From NCBI GenBank assembly GCA_977017645.1, contig OZ360238.1, positions 60,636,001 to 60,700,000 on the forward strand: a stretch of 64,000 nucleotides of DNA. Reading direction: 5' to 3'. The notes under the pieces are model-generated. The model was given only the letters and a program-made list of their open reading frames with translations. It was not told the DNA's origin and did not search any database. The translations under genes and the position numbers were made by a program. The first letter of the stretch is position 1. The number at the start of each line of letters is the position of its first letter. Below are positions 1 to 10,852 of this stretch, in pieces. This DNA is from Torpedo marmorata (Eukaryota).

Positions 1-98
1 TTGAGATCTCAAAAGTATATCCGGCGTATAAGTCGACCCCCGTTTTTTGAGACATATTTGAGGGTTTCAAGGGTCGACTTATACGCCGAAATATACGG
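1..98 (+). mobile_element. 3' end of a pogo/Passer-family DNA transposon (runs off the window start), abutting an L1 ORF2 fragment
   Basis: Ends in ...GTCGACTTATACGCCGAAATATACGG followed by TA (99-100); reverse complement of the ends at 9017 and 58378. Confidence 0.85.
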
Positions 99-100
99 TA

Positions 101-1452
101 AATAATATAGGAGAAGATTTGAAAGAAGTAGTTATTTATAAATGGAATTCTAAATTATTATTAACAAAAGGGAAGAATTCTCCTATTTTTAAACATTTGT
201 TAGAAATATGGAATAGAGTGGATAGGGAGATAGGAGGGAAAGGGTCGATTTCTTGAAATATGCCTTTATATCAAAATAAACTTATTCCATTTACTGTTGA
301 TAATCAATTATTTAAAATTTGGTTCCAAAAGGGAATTAAGAAAATAAATGATTGTTTTGAAGCTTGTAAATTTATTACTTTTCAAAGAATGAAAGATAAG
401 TTTAATGTATTGAACAATACACTTTTTGCTTATTATCAAATTAGAGCATTTTTAGTTGGGAAGTTAGATTATAGTTTGACTTTACCAAGACAGAGTGAAC
501 TAGAATTATTAGTTACTAATGGAGGTGTAAATAAATTTATTTCTCAAATGTATAGATTGTTTCAGAGAAAAATCCCTAAAGTAGGAATTCATAAATCAAG
601 ATTAAAATGGGAATTAGATTTGAATGTAACAATAGATGAAGTACATTGGAAAGAATTATGTAAACTAAGTATGACAAAGATTATTAATGTTAGATATAGA
701 TTAGTCCAATATAATTTCTTTCATCAATTATATTTAACGCCTAAAAAATTAAAGAAATTTAATGCGACATTATCAGGCTTATGTTTTAGATGTAATAGAG
801 AGGAAGGTTATTTTGTACATTCTACATGGTTTTGTCCAAAGATATATGATTTTTGGTTGAAAGTTAAACATTTTTTAGATAAAGTATTGAGTATTGCACT
901 TCCAATGGACCCTATGATATTTTTGTTTGGAGATATTAAAAGAATTAGTATTAAGATGAAATTAAATATGTATCAAATAGAATTTTTGTGAATTGCTTTA
1001 GCTCTTTCTAAGAAATGCATTGCTATTACTTGGAAATCTGATGTAGATTTAGGGTTAGAAAGATGGCATGTAGAACTTCGTTCAGCTATACCACTTGAAA
1101 AAATTACTTATAATTTACGTAATAAATATCATTTCTTTTTGAAAATATGGAGCCCATATATAAAAACTGTTGGTTTAAGGATGTGAAGATCTCTGGATAT
1201 CAGATCTGACTGGCGAACCTATCTTCCACAATAAAATCAGTTTATAGTTCTTTTTTAGATTGACATTCTCCTTATTCTATCTTTTTCTTTCTTTCTTTCT
1301 TTTTATTTTAGTAGATTAGTAGGGGCGGGAGGGTTAGGGAGGGGAGGGAGGGAGGGTGGGTGAAAATGTATCACGTATTTTGATAATGTTATATTTTATA
1401 TGTATTTTGTGATTAAAAATTTTTAAATAAAGTATTTATTAAAAAAAAAAAA
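101..1452 (+). mobile_element. L1-clade LINE 3' part (ORF2 C-terminus with CCHC-type region, 3' UTR, poly-A), degenerate
   Basis: ORF 260-991 (CFRCNREEGYFVHSTWFCPK) is near-identical to ORF 46053-46568; G-rich 3' UTR at 1321-1361; AATAAA and A-tail at 1441-1452. Confidence 0.85.
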
Positions 1453-2700
1453 CACCTAAACCTCGGAACCTGCATCAGCCAATCCTGCCCATCCTCCAGC
1501 CAAGTTTCTGTAATGGCCACAACATCATAGTTCCACATACTGATCCATGCTCTAAGTTCATTCCCTTTATTTCTGATACTCCAAGTGTTGAAATAGACAC
1601 ATTTCAACCCCCCTAACTGGCTACATTTATGTTTTGTCCCCTGCCTATCCTTCCTCACCAACTCAGAACACACAGCTTCATGCTTTTGTCCTTCTACCCT
1701 AATCTCTGCACTCACATTCTGATTCCCACCCCCCTGCCAAACTAGTTTAAACCCTCTCCAACAGCACGAGCAAACCTACCCACCAGGATATTGTTCCCCC
1801 TCCAGTTCAGGTGCAGCCCGTCCTTTTTGTACAGGCCAGACCTTCCCCAGAAGAGATCCCAATGATCCAGAAATGTGAACCCCTGCACCAACTCTTCAGC
1901 CACGCATTCATCTGCCACAACTTCCTGTTCCTACCCTCTCTAGCGCGTGGCACAGGCAGCAATCCTGAGATTACCACCCTTGATGTCCTGCTTTTTAACT
2001 TCTTTCCTAACTCCCTATATTCTCTCTTCAGGACCTCATCCCTACTCCTATCTTTGTCATTGGTCCCCACGTGAACCACAACATCTGGCTGCTCACCCTT
2101 CCCCTCCAGAATGCTATGAACTTGATCAGAGACATCCCTGATCCTGGCACCTGGGAGGCAACATACCATCTGGGAGTCTCGATCTCGCCCACCAAACCTC
2201 CTATCTGCTCTCCTAACCAATGAGTCCCCAATTTCAATAGCTCTCCTCTTCTCCCCCCTTTCTTTCTGAGCTGAGGGGCCATCCCCTGCGCCAGAGACGT
2301 GACCACCACGACTGGTCCCTGGTAGATCGTCCCCCTCAACAATATCCAAAACAGTATACTTATTGTTGAGGGGAACGGCCATAGGGGTGCTCTGCACTAT
2401 CTGCCTATTTCCCTTCCCTCTCCTAACAGTCACCCAGTTACCTGTCTCCTGACCTTTAGGGGTGACTGTCTCCCTGAAGCTCCTTTCTATCACTGCCTCG
2501 GCCTCCTGAATGATCCTGAGTTCATCCAGCTCCAGCTTCCTAACTCGGTCTCCCAGGAGCTGCAGCTGGATGCACCTCTTGCAGGTGTAGTGATCAGGGA
2601 CACTTGTGCTGTCCCAGATTTCCCACATCCTGCAATCGGAGCACTCGACTGCCCTGACTGCTGACTCCATTAATTCCTCCCAATTTAAATTCAAAGATCT
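1453..2700 (-). mobile_element. CR1 LINE 5' part: ORF1 (Cys-rich/zipper region plus SGNH esterase) and start of the ORF2 APE endonuclease, cut by the L1 tail
   Basis: ORF 1807-2694 has CxxC..CxxC, IGDSLVR and VVVHVGTND, with DGLHLN in a shifted frame; ORF 1413-1715 has KCVYFN..SIRNK..VVAITETWL. Confidence 0.85.
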
Positions 2701-3599
2701 TACCTCTCTCTCTCTATCGCCACTGCTCCTTTTGGATCATTCTTACCTAAACTGTTTTACTTCATATTGTTGCCCTCCACAGGGCCTTCATCTGCCACAT
2801 GATTCTCAGCAGCAGGACCTTCACTGAGGCCAAGTTATTACAGGACTCGCACCTTCTGCCTTCAAGTTTGAGTACTTGTACCCTGCTGGACTCAGTCAGA
2901 AAGGTAGTAAGGTCTTCACCTGGTGACTCAAATGCTCTGAATGAACAAGATCAGATGCTGGAAACAGGAAAGACCATGTGCAATGCTGCAGGATTGTCCA
3001 AGTATTTGCTCAGGCATATGCTGCATCAAGTCCAACAGCAAGAATGTCAGATGATTGTGCAGACACCCCAGCTGCCCTGTGTGCTCTCGCAGAGATGGGG
3101 GAGTCTCTGACTAGCATGAGTGGGTCGGCATTGGCACTGATGCTCTCATGCCTGGAATAAATGGCTGTCTGTAAAGAATATCAAACAAGGGCATGCAGGT
3201 CCTCAGTCAAGGTTTGCAACCTATAGATGCTGAAAGTCTGAAATAAACACAAAGTGCTGGTGGCACTCAGCTCGTACCATGCAGCATCTGGAGAGAGTCA
3301 ACACTTCAAGCTGCACACTTTCCATCAGAACTGTTCCAAAACGTTACTAATCTAAAATGTTTAAACTCTGCAGATGGAACTCCTCTTGCTGCTGCCTAAT
3401 CTGTTCAGTACTCCTGCTTTAAATAAAATAACCACTTAATCTGTCTGGAATGGTGAGATGAGGCTTGATGAATGGGGGGTAGTGCAAGGAATGGAGGTAG
3501 TTTGTAAGTTTGGTTTGTATTGGGTGATCTATGTGAGGTTATTGGGTGCAGTGGGAGTGGCAGTTTGCCACCTCCATTGGACGGTTTGAAATTAAAGTC

Positions 3600-4960
3600 T
3601 AAAAAAACATCACCATGATGAAAGCAAGCCCTTCATCAAGATATGATGAAGGGTTCAAGCCTGAAACCTTGGTTATGTATCTTTATCTTTGCTATATAAA
3701 GGACACTGTTTGACCTGCTGAGTTTCTCCAGCATTGTGTTTTCACTTCAACCACGGTGTCTGCAGAATTTCATGTTTTACCATGATGAAAGCATCCTGGT
3801 TGGCAATGTGCATTGCTGTTCTTGCATTCTTAGCATAAGTTTTCTCCTCCTCCAAAGAGGCTCTCTCCTCTCTGACAAGTGTTTGTAACAGGTTCTTGCT
3901 GCTGTACAACATTTCACAGCACAGCATACAGTATGTCATCCCATTGAAATTAGCTGGTAGTTATCAAATGCGTTCAAGCATGCTGATATTTCTGAAATAG
4001 CAATATGTCCAAAATGAACATTCAGCATGCTGATGGCTTCCTCAACAAGACAACTGGTTGTCAGATAGCTGTGGCTGTACCACTCCTTGCCTCATTGGTT
4101 GGCTGTATATAATTAGATGACTTGAGTGTCCATCATCTTCAAGCAGTCAGTCACTTAGTCTGTTCTGAAGTGTAATGGGGTCAGGGAGCACACCGGATGA
4201 AGGTAGGGTGGCGGTTCTCCCTCCCTCACCATGTCATTCCAATACTAGAATAGCATGGTTATTGTGCACCTGCTTGAACATGATGGAAGAGAAGTCCTTG
4301 CAAGGAAGAGCTATTCCTGGATATTCTGGGGTCTGCCGTGTCTACCAGGCTTCCAGTCAATGACATCCTTCACTGACAGAAAGCAAACCAGAGTCGCAAA
4401 TTTGAGTGTCACTCAATCTGATTGCCCCTTGAGCAATCTGGCTGCCTTGGTAAGCAAGTCATCAATCACCTGCTGCCGACTGAGAGGTCCAAACATCTTC
4501 GGCGTGGCCCTCGAATGATCCTGAAATAAAGCTGATGACTAGTTAAATGTGACCATCAGATCCAACATGGAGCAGGCCGTGTTCCGACAGACTGCAAACG
4601 TCTGGCACCACCTTGCACCATTTCTCTAATTTCCCAAGATGATGAGTTTCCTTTCGCTGTACTTGAAGCGGCAGGCACTGTCTGAGCAAATGCCCTGCTC
4701 CTTGTGCAGCCAGAGGAGAAGTCCGCTGCTGTACACGAGACTCTTGCTGATATTTACCGTGCTCTGCCTCCAAGTCCCAAAGTATTGCAACAAAAGCAGC
4801 ATCCATAGTAATGTTGCCACTGAGACCTACAAAGTGCAGTTAACAAGTAGTCACTTGCAAAGTCTGGAAACCAAACCAAGGTTTTACAAAGTTTGCTCCA
4901 AGGCTTGGTGAGTAACCTCCCACCATGACTTCTGTGAACAAAGCCAAGGAGGAGCTACAG
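3600..4960 (-). pseudogene. Highly degenerate PIF/Harbinger (HARBI1-like) transposase remnant
   Basis: Minus-strand fragments resemble the QGAID, KGFxSxNVQ, YNxxHxxTRxxIExAIGML and CCxLHN motifs in the expected order; many frameshifts. Confidence 0.5.
3627..3778 (+). mobile_element. Penelope-like element 3' tail fragment with 15-bp TSD and fold-back 5' end
   Basis: TSD ACCATGATGAAAGCA at 3612-3626 and 3779-3793; body matches the tail at 15845-15946; begins GCCCTTCATCA-agata-TGATGAAGGGT. Confidence 0.8.
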
Positions 4961-5604
4961 TCTTTACCATCAGGTTTAATGTCAGCTCTTTAGCTCCCCT
5001 ATTGTTGCTATGATCCTCTGTGAATTTCACTGACGAGTTCCATGAGGCTTAGGAAACGTGTACACTCTGCTAAAGTTCAAAATTATTGTTAAGTTCACTC
5101 TTCATAAGCAATTAACATTGAAATTGGCAACCTGCCTCTTTCTCCCCACTCACAGTTTGAGATGTTCTGGATGAGGTTCTGAGCTTATGTGACAAGCTGT
5201 CTTTTTCAGCAGACAACCTTGAAACTGCTCTCAGAATGTAATGTCCAGGTTAATGTCAGATGAATAGTTCCTGAAAATAACCTGAAACACTAAACACCAA
5301 GAACTTGAACATCCACACATGAAAATTTTAACTTTACAGGAAAGGGAACTCGATAATAAATGCAAAATAAAACTAGTCAACTCAAAGTTAAATGAAGTTA
5401 AACAAGAAAAACTGAAGATGATGGGGTCGAGTGCACAATACATAAATGTGGTGGAGAAACTCAGCAGGTCACGCAGCATCCATAGGAAGTAAAGGGTAAC
5501 CAACATTTCGGGCATCAGGCAGCTCAAAGTCTATGTTTGTCTGTGTTTGTCTTTACTTTGTCACTACATAAAGCACAGCCAGTCAGACAGTAAGTTAGGA
5601 TCAA

Positions 5605-6060
5605 AAATTCCATTGGAAAAAATAACATATAATATGAGAAATAAATATGGGATATTTTTGCAAATTTGGCGTCCATAAATCCAATCATTAGGTATGAATA
5701 TCTAATTGTGTTGCTTTACATCCTAGACCCTGTTGACTCTCTCAAATTTAAAGAATAAATATTGTTGAATACCATGCGTCGAGCCGTGGACCCAGCAGCG
5801 ATCCGTACAGATGTTTTTAATAAGTAATACCAATGCCTTCTTTTCTGTTCTTTTTTCTAGTTTTTTTAGTAAGGGGAGGGAAGTAAAGGGAGGTGGAGGG
5901 TGGGGTAGCAATATTATAGAGGGTGGGTTAAGGGATGGGTTAGATACACTGTAATACAAATTATGTTTTTTTTAATTTACTGGAATTAATGATGTATATT
6001 ATGTATGTTGTACTACTGTGAGAAAATTCAAAATTTAAAATAAAATATTCCAAAAAAAAA
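5605..6060 (+). mobile_element. L1 extreme 3' fragment (second subfamily)
   Basis: Translates IPLEKITYNMRNKYGIFLQIWRP*, like the end of ORF 46053-46568; G-rich UTR, AATAAA and A-tail. Confidence 0.75.
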
Positions 6061-6371
6061 TCAAAATCAACTTATTTGAATGCAACAGTTCTAAACACTA
6101 AATTTACTTTGCCTCCACAGTTTTGTTTTAAATCTCAGGATATCTGCTTGTGAACATTTTCATTCACAGAATAGTTTGAATATCCTGCATTTTCTCCACA
6201 ACTATTTCTCATTTTCTTTCTCCAGTTAAAAGTTTTGAACAAATAATGCAACAAAAAAGGCTACATGGTTTGATGTGAATAAATAACTACCGTATATTTC
6301 GGCGTATAAGTCGACCGGCAGATAAGTCGACCCCCCTTTTTCAGCCTCATTTTAATGGTTTTATGGTATAT

Positions 6372-6695
6372 CCGGCGTATAAGTCGACCCCCAAAAAACG
6401 CGATGCCTGAGATGTTGCGCATTGACCGGCGTATAAGTCGACCCTCAAAAAACGCGATGATTGAGCTGCTGGGCGTTGACCGGCGTATAGGTCGACCCTC
6501 AAAAAACGCGATGATTGAGCTGCTGGCCGTTGACTGGCGTATAGATCGACCCACACCGATCGAGATCATTGAGCTGCTGGGCGTTGACCGGCGTATAGGT
6601 CGACCCATAACGATCGCGATCATTGAGCTGCTGGGCGTTGACCGGCGTATAGGTCGACCCACAACGATCGCGATTATTGAGCTGCTGGGCGTTGG
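6372..6695. repeat. 54-bp tandem array (about 6 units) at the transposon 5' subterminus
   Basis: Period 54 (6426 to 6480); each unit carries a CGGCGTATA(A/G)GTCGACC-like copy of the TIR core. Confidence 0.9.
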
Positions 6696-6713
6696 CTGGA
6701 GGTGATTGTTATC

Positions 6714-7708
6714 ATGGAGGCTCCATTGAAGGCTCAATTGAAACGACGAAAGTATGAGGCGAGTTTTAAATTGAAAGTAATAGAAATGGCCAAGAAAACC
6801 AACAACTGTGCTGCTGCAAGAAAATTTGATATATATGAGAAGTTGGTAAGAGATTGGAGGAAGAAAGAAGATACTTTAAGAAAAATACCAAAAAGGCAAT
6901 GTTCCATGAGAAGAGGAATCACTCGTTGGCCAGAGTTGGAAAATCATGTAGCAGCATGGGTACGTGAACAGAGGCAAGATTGCTACATAGTCACCCGAAA
7001 TAAAATAAGAGCATTTGCACTGAACTGGGCAAAATCGCACCCAGAACTCAGTAATGATTTTGAAGCTTCAGTAGGCTGGTGCAACCGTTTTATGAACAGG
7101 AAAAATCTGGTATTACGACAAAAAACTAAAATTGTTCAGAAACTACCAAAAGATCTTGATCATAAAGTTGTAAGTTTATTTTACGTAACCGGAAGAAACA
7201 CAAGTTTGCATTGGCAAATATTGGAAACATGGACGAAACCCCCATGAATTTTGACATGATAGGCAATAGAAAAGTGGAATGGAAAGGTGTGAAAACTGTG
7301 CAAACGAGGAGCACAGGACATGAAAGGACCAGGTTTACCGTGGTGTTATCGTGCATGGCCGACGGGACAAAGTTAAGACCCATGGTAATCTTCAAGCGCA
7401 AACTTAAACCTAAAATAAATTTCCCAGCAGGTATTTTTGTACATTTTCATGAAAAAGGATGGATGGATGAAAATGGTGTAAAACTATGGATAGACAATGT
7501 GTGGAACAGGCGGCCAGGCGGTTTACGCAAGGAACGGAGTTTGCTGGTCTGGGATATGTTTCGTAGCCACTTAACTGAGAAGACTAAAAGTACATTAGCA
7601 CAACATAATACTCACATGGCGGTTATCCCGGGTGGTTTGACGTCTATATTGCAACCTCTCGATGTCTGCTTGAACAAGCCATTCAAAGACCACGTGCGTG
7701 AAGAGTGG
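6714..7708 (+). pseudogene. Passer transposase (Brinker-like DBD, CENP-B HTH, DDE_1 with DD35D spacing), frameshifted near 7180 and C-terminally truncated
   Basis: RRKYEASFKLKVI..AARKF; WPELE..ASVGWCNRF; NMDETP; WD(x35)D spacing counted from LLVWD to LQPLD. Confidence 0.9.
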
Positions 7709-7831
7709 TTTTTCAGGGGTCGACTTATACGCCGAATCGTGTTTTCAGGGGTCGACTTATACGCCGAATCGTGTTTTCAGGGGTCGACTTATACGCCGAA
7801 TTGTGTTTTCAGGGGTCGACTTATACGCCGA
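7708..7831. repeat. 32-bp tandem array (4 units) at the transposon 3' subterminus
   Basis: CAGGGGTCGACTTATACGCCGAA at 7714, 7746, 7778 and 7810. Confidence 0.9.
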
Positions 7832-7989
7832 AATATACGGTATGTTACAAACTGACACTGACACAGCTGGGTGCACAAATCAGTTGAAAGATTAACAGAG
7901 GTCTTACGTTGATTATGATCTCGTTTTCTTTTGGAAAGCACAATCCTAATAAAAAGTATTTATGCTCATGGAAATGTCTGTGGGCAATA

Positions 7990-8345
7990 GGCCCTTTCAC
8001 ACTGCTGAGTACATGTGGGTTAACCGGGCAATTTACCCGGTAATCGTGCGGTGTGAAACGTCAAACGTCCCAAACGGGCAGGGCAGGTCAAATTCAACCG
8101 GGCTCGGAGACATGGTTGGGGGGGGGGTACTCTCGGAGCCCGGCCGAGTTAACCCACCAATCGCTTTCTGGCAGTGTGAAAGGACAACCTGCTCTCGCAT
8201 TGTCACCGCTGGAGCTTAAAATCCCAGGTTGCCGATTTACCAGGTAAGTAAGACTGCAGTGTGAAAGGCCCCAGAGGTGCAGCCTTCCCCGGAACTTTAC
8301 CCGGTTCCTTGGAGGGTTGGCAGGAATTGGCGGTGTGAAAAGGCC
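7990..8345. mobile_element. MITE, probably PIF/Harbinger-like
   Basis: Ends GGCCCTTTCACAC ... GTGTGAAAAGGCC, flanked by TA; internal repeated GTGTGAAA motifs; CpG-rich relative to flanks. Confidence 0.7.
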
Positions 8346-9016
8346 TATAATGTTTATTTTTGATCTAAAAGTTGGGAATATGCTGGTCCTGACATTTGCC
8401 ATCATTACAGTGAAACTAACACAAGCTTCCTCTTATGCGTAATTTAACAGAAATCAAAGCTGTTCAGTGATGCAGCCCTTCTTTAAAACATGAGCTAAAA
8501 CCCATGTTTGTAAATCCCAGTCCACTCTCTGTGAAAATCTTCTGGATTTCAGGGATTGTCCACAACTGACACCCAAAAACAGGCTTTGCGTAAAGGAAAT
8601 TTGTTTGAGAGATCATTCAATCTATGTGGGCAGCTCACTTTGAGGTCAAGGATGATTAGTTTTGTTTAGTTGCTCTCAATGTCCAGACATCAGCAAAAGA
8701 AGGTGAAAGAAGTAACGCGCCAGAGCTGAAGCAAATCAAAGGTCAGAAAATGTAAAACATGCGGTGTTCATGCTATCATGAGTTTTTTGATGAAGAAAAT
8801 ATCAAATAATTATTTGAAATAATAATAATTGGTTTTAAATCAGTCTAAAGAACAGATTTATGCAATCAACTTTAGTTGTATCCTTTTGTTCCTTAATACC
8901 TGAATTTAAATAATGAGGAATATTTATTTTGTGTGAAATTGCATGTTTGTTAATAAATAGTACATTCACTATGGCAAGTGTACAGGAGTTAATTTTGAAT
9001 AGAAAGAAAACAAATA

Positions 9017-9992
9017 CCGTATATTTCGGCGTATAAATCGACCCTTGAAACCCTCAAAAATGTCTCAAAAAACGGGGGTCGACTTATACGCCAGATATAC
9101 TTTTGAGACCTTAAAATCAGCTCAAAATCGAGTTCACGCCGATTCGGCGTATAAGTCGACCCCTGAAAACACGATTCGGCGCATAAGTCGACCCCTGAAA
9201 ACACGATTCGGCGTATAGGTCGACCCTGGAAGCGCCTCCCCACTGCCGGCGCCGCCGCTCCCCGACACCTCCCCACCGCCGGGCGCCGCCATAAACCACC
9301 CAGACATTCTACAATTGTAGAACCCGAGGTCCCCGCTCCTACCTGGGAGAATGAGCTCCCCGCTCCTGCTCGGGAGAATGAGCTCCCCGCTCCTACCTGG
9401 GAGAACGACGTCCCCGCTCCTGCTCGGGAGAACGAGCTCCCCACTCCTGCTCGGGAGAACGAGCTCCCCGCTCCTGCTCGGGAGAACGAGTCCCCGCCCC
9501 TGCCCGGGAGAACGACGTCCCCGCTCCTGCTCGGGAGAACGAGCTCCCCGCTCCTGCTCGGGAGAACGAGTCCCCGCACCTGCCCGGGAGAACGACGTCC
9601 CCGCTCCTGCTCGGGAGAATGAGTCCCCGCTACTGCTCGGGAGAACGAGCTCCCCGCTACTGCTCAGGAGAAAGACGTCGCCGCACCTGCATCTTCCCGG
9701 CCAGAAGCAAAGGTTTATTTTTACTGTTTTTTTTACTTACCAGTACTTGCTTAATTTACAGCTTTGTTACTTGCCGATTGGGATGTTGTAACAAATTTTG
9801 GGTTGTTGCTGGGAGGCCCAGACAGCCTGAAAATTGGGGGTCGACTTATACGCCGGTCAATGCGCAACATCTCAGGCATCGCGATTTTTGGGGGTCGACT
9901 TATACGCCAGATATACCATAAAACCATTAAAATGAGGCTGAAAAAGGGGGGTCGACTTATCTGCCGGTCGACTTATACGCCATAATATACGG
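9017..9992 (-). mobile_element. Non-autonomous Passer derivative (both ends, no transposase, foreign interior)
   Basis: Same TIRs, TA at 9015-9016 and 9993-9994; left about 210 bp matches 58378 onward, right about 160 bp matches the reverse complement of 6290 onward. Confidence 0.9.
9330..9675. repeat. GC-rich 27-bp minisatellite (about 13 units)
   Basis: GGGAGAACGAGCTCCCCGCTCCTGCTC-like units; GGGAGAA at 9372, 9399, 9426 etc. Confidence 0.9.
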
Positions 9993-10852
9993 TAATTAAT
10001 CTTCAGCTGCATTTCAACAAGCTTTTCTTAGAGTCCGTTCTCTACAAAACAATGCTTTTACCAGCTCAGATGGTGGAAATGGGTCACAAAAATGGCTAAA
10101 TCAATACCATTCATGATTCTCCACCTCAAGAAATGAAGAAAAACAGTCATACTCCTCAATTCCCCTTGCTAGTAAAAATATCCAACCTCAATTCCCAATT
10201 TGCTTACAGACCTCGACAAATGTGAATTGAGAAATTAAATATGCAAATCTGTGCTGCACTGAACTTGGGATAAAAGATTTAAAAATTCAGTGTGTTGACA
10301 TGCACATGTAAATAAAAGTGCAGTGTGCCATGATAGTCCATTAACTTCAGATAGGAGTATATTTATCAATTTTACAGTGTAAAGAAGAAAAATAATAAGG
10401 CAGAAAAAGGGACCATTGATCAAAGGCATATTTGGAAATAACTACAAGAAAAAAAATTGTGAAGGAATTCAAACACCACGCTCTCCTGAGAAAGTTTTAG
10501 TTTTTTATATTTTGCGTTGTTTGCACACAGATCTAGTGTAGTCTGATTTTTCAAGCCAAACCTTCTGTTTGGGGTAAAGATGTATTTAGTTTGACTTCAA
10601 GCTAACTTAGTATAAAAGATAATAGGTTGCTGCTCAAAAACAGAGCAGCAAAAGAAACTAAATGTTCACATATCACCATCACAATATAATTTTCAACCAA
10701 AGTTGCCATTAAAATTGTAGGAACTCCAAGCACGATAAAAAGTGCAGAAGAATTTCAGTAGGCCTGAAGCTGAATTTTGCAGCTGACAATGTTTTCTTAG
10801 CATCTTGCAAAGTTTACAGGATAGGAGGCAGCTATTTATTCCTTATTTATTC

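Larger units (their letters stand above)
6290..7840 (+). mobile_element. pogo-superfamily DD35D (Passer/POGK-like) DNA transposon, internally deleted
   Basis: TIR CCGTATATTTCGGCGTATAAGTCGACC at both ends; TA at 6288-6289 and 7841-7842; transposase inside. Confidence 0.92.

Noticed and set aside
6372-6695. CRISPR-like appearance of the regularly spaced GTCGAC-containing repeats (also 7708-7831 and 58500-58650)
   Set aside because: The intervening sequences are copies of each other rather than unique spacers, there are no cas genes, and the arrays lie inside transposon TIRs in a eukaryotic intron
8989-9921. Repetitive ORFs (SFSRAGAG.., SSPLLLGRT..)
   Set aside because: Translations of the 27-bp minisatellite, open in several frames on both strands
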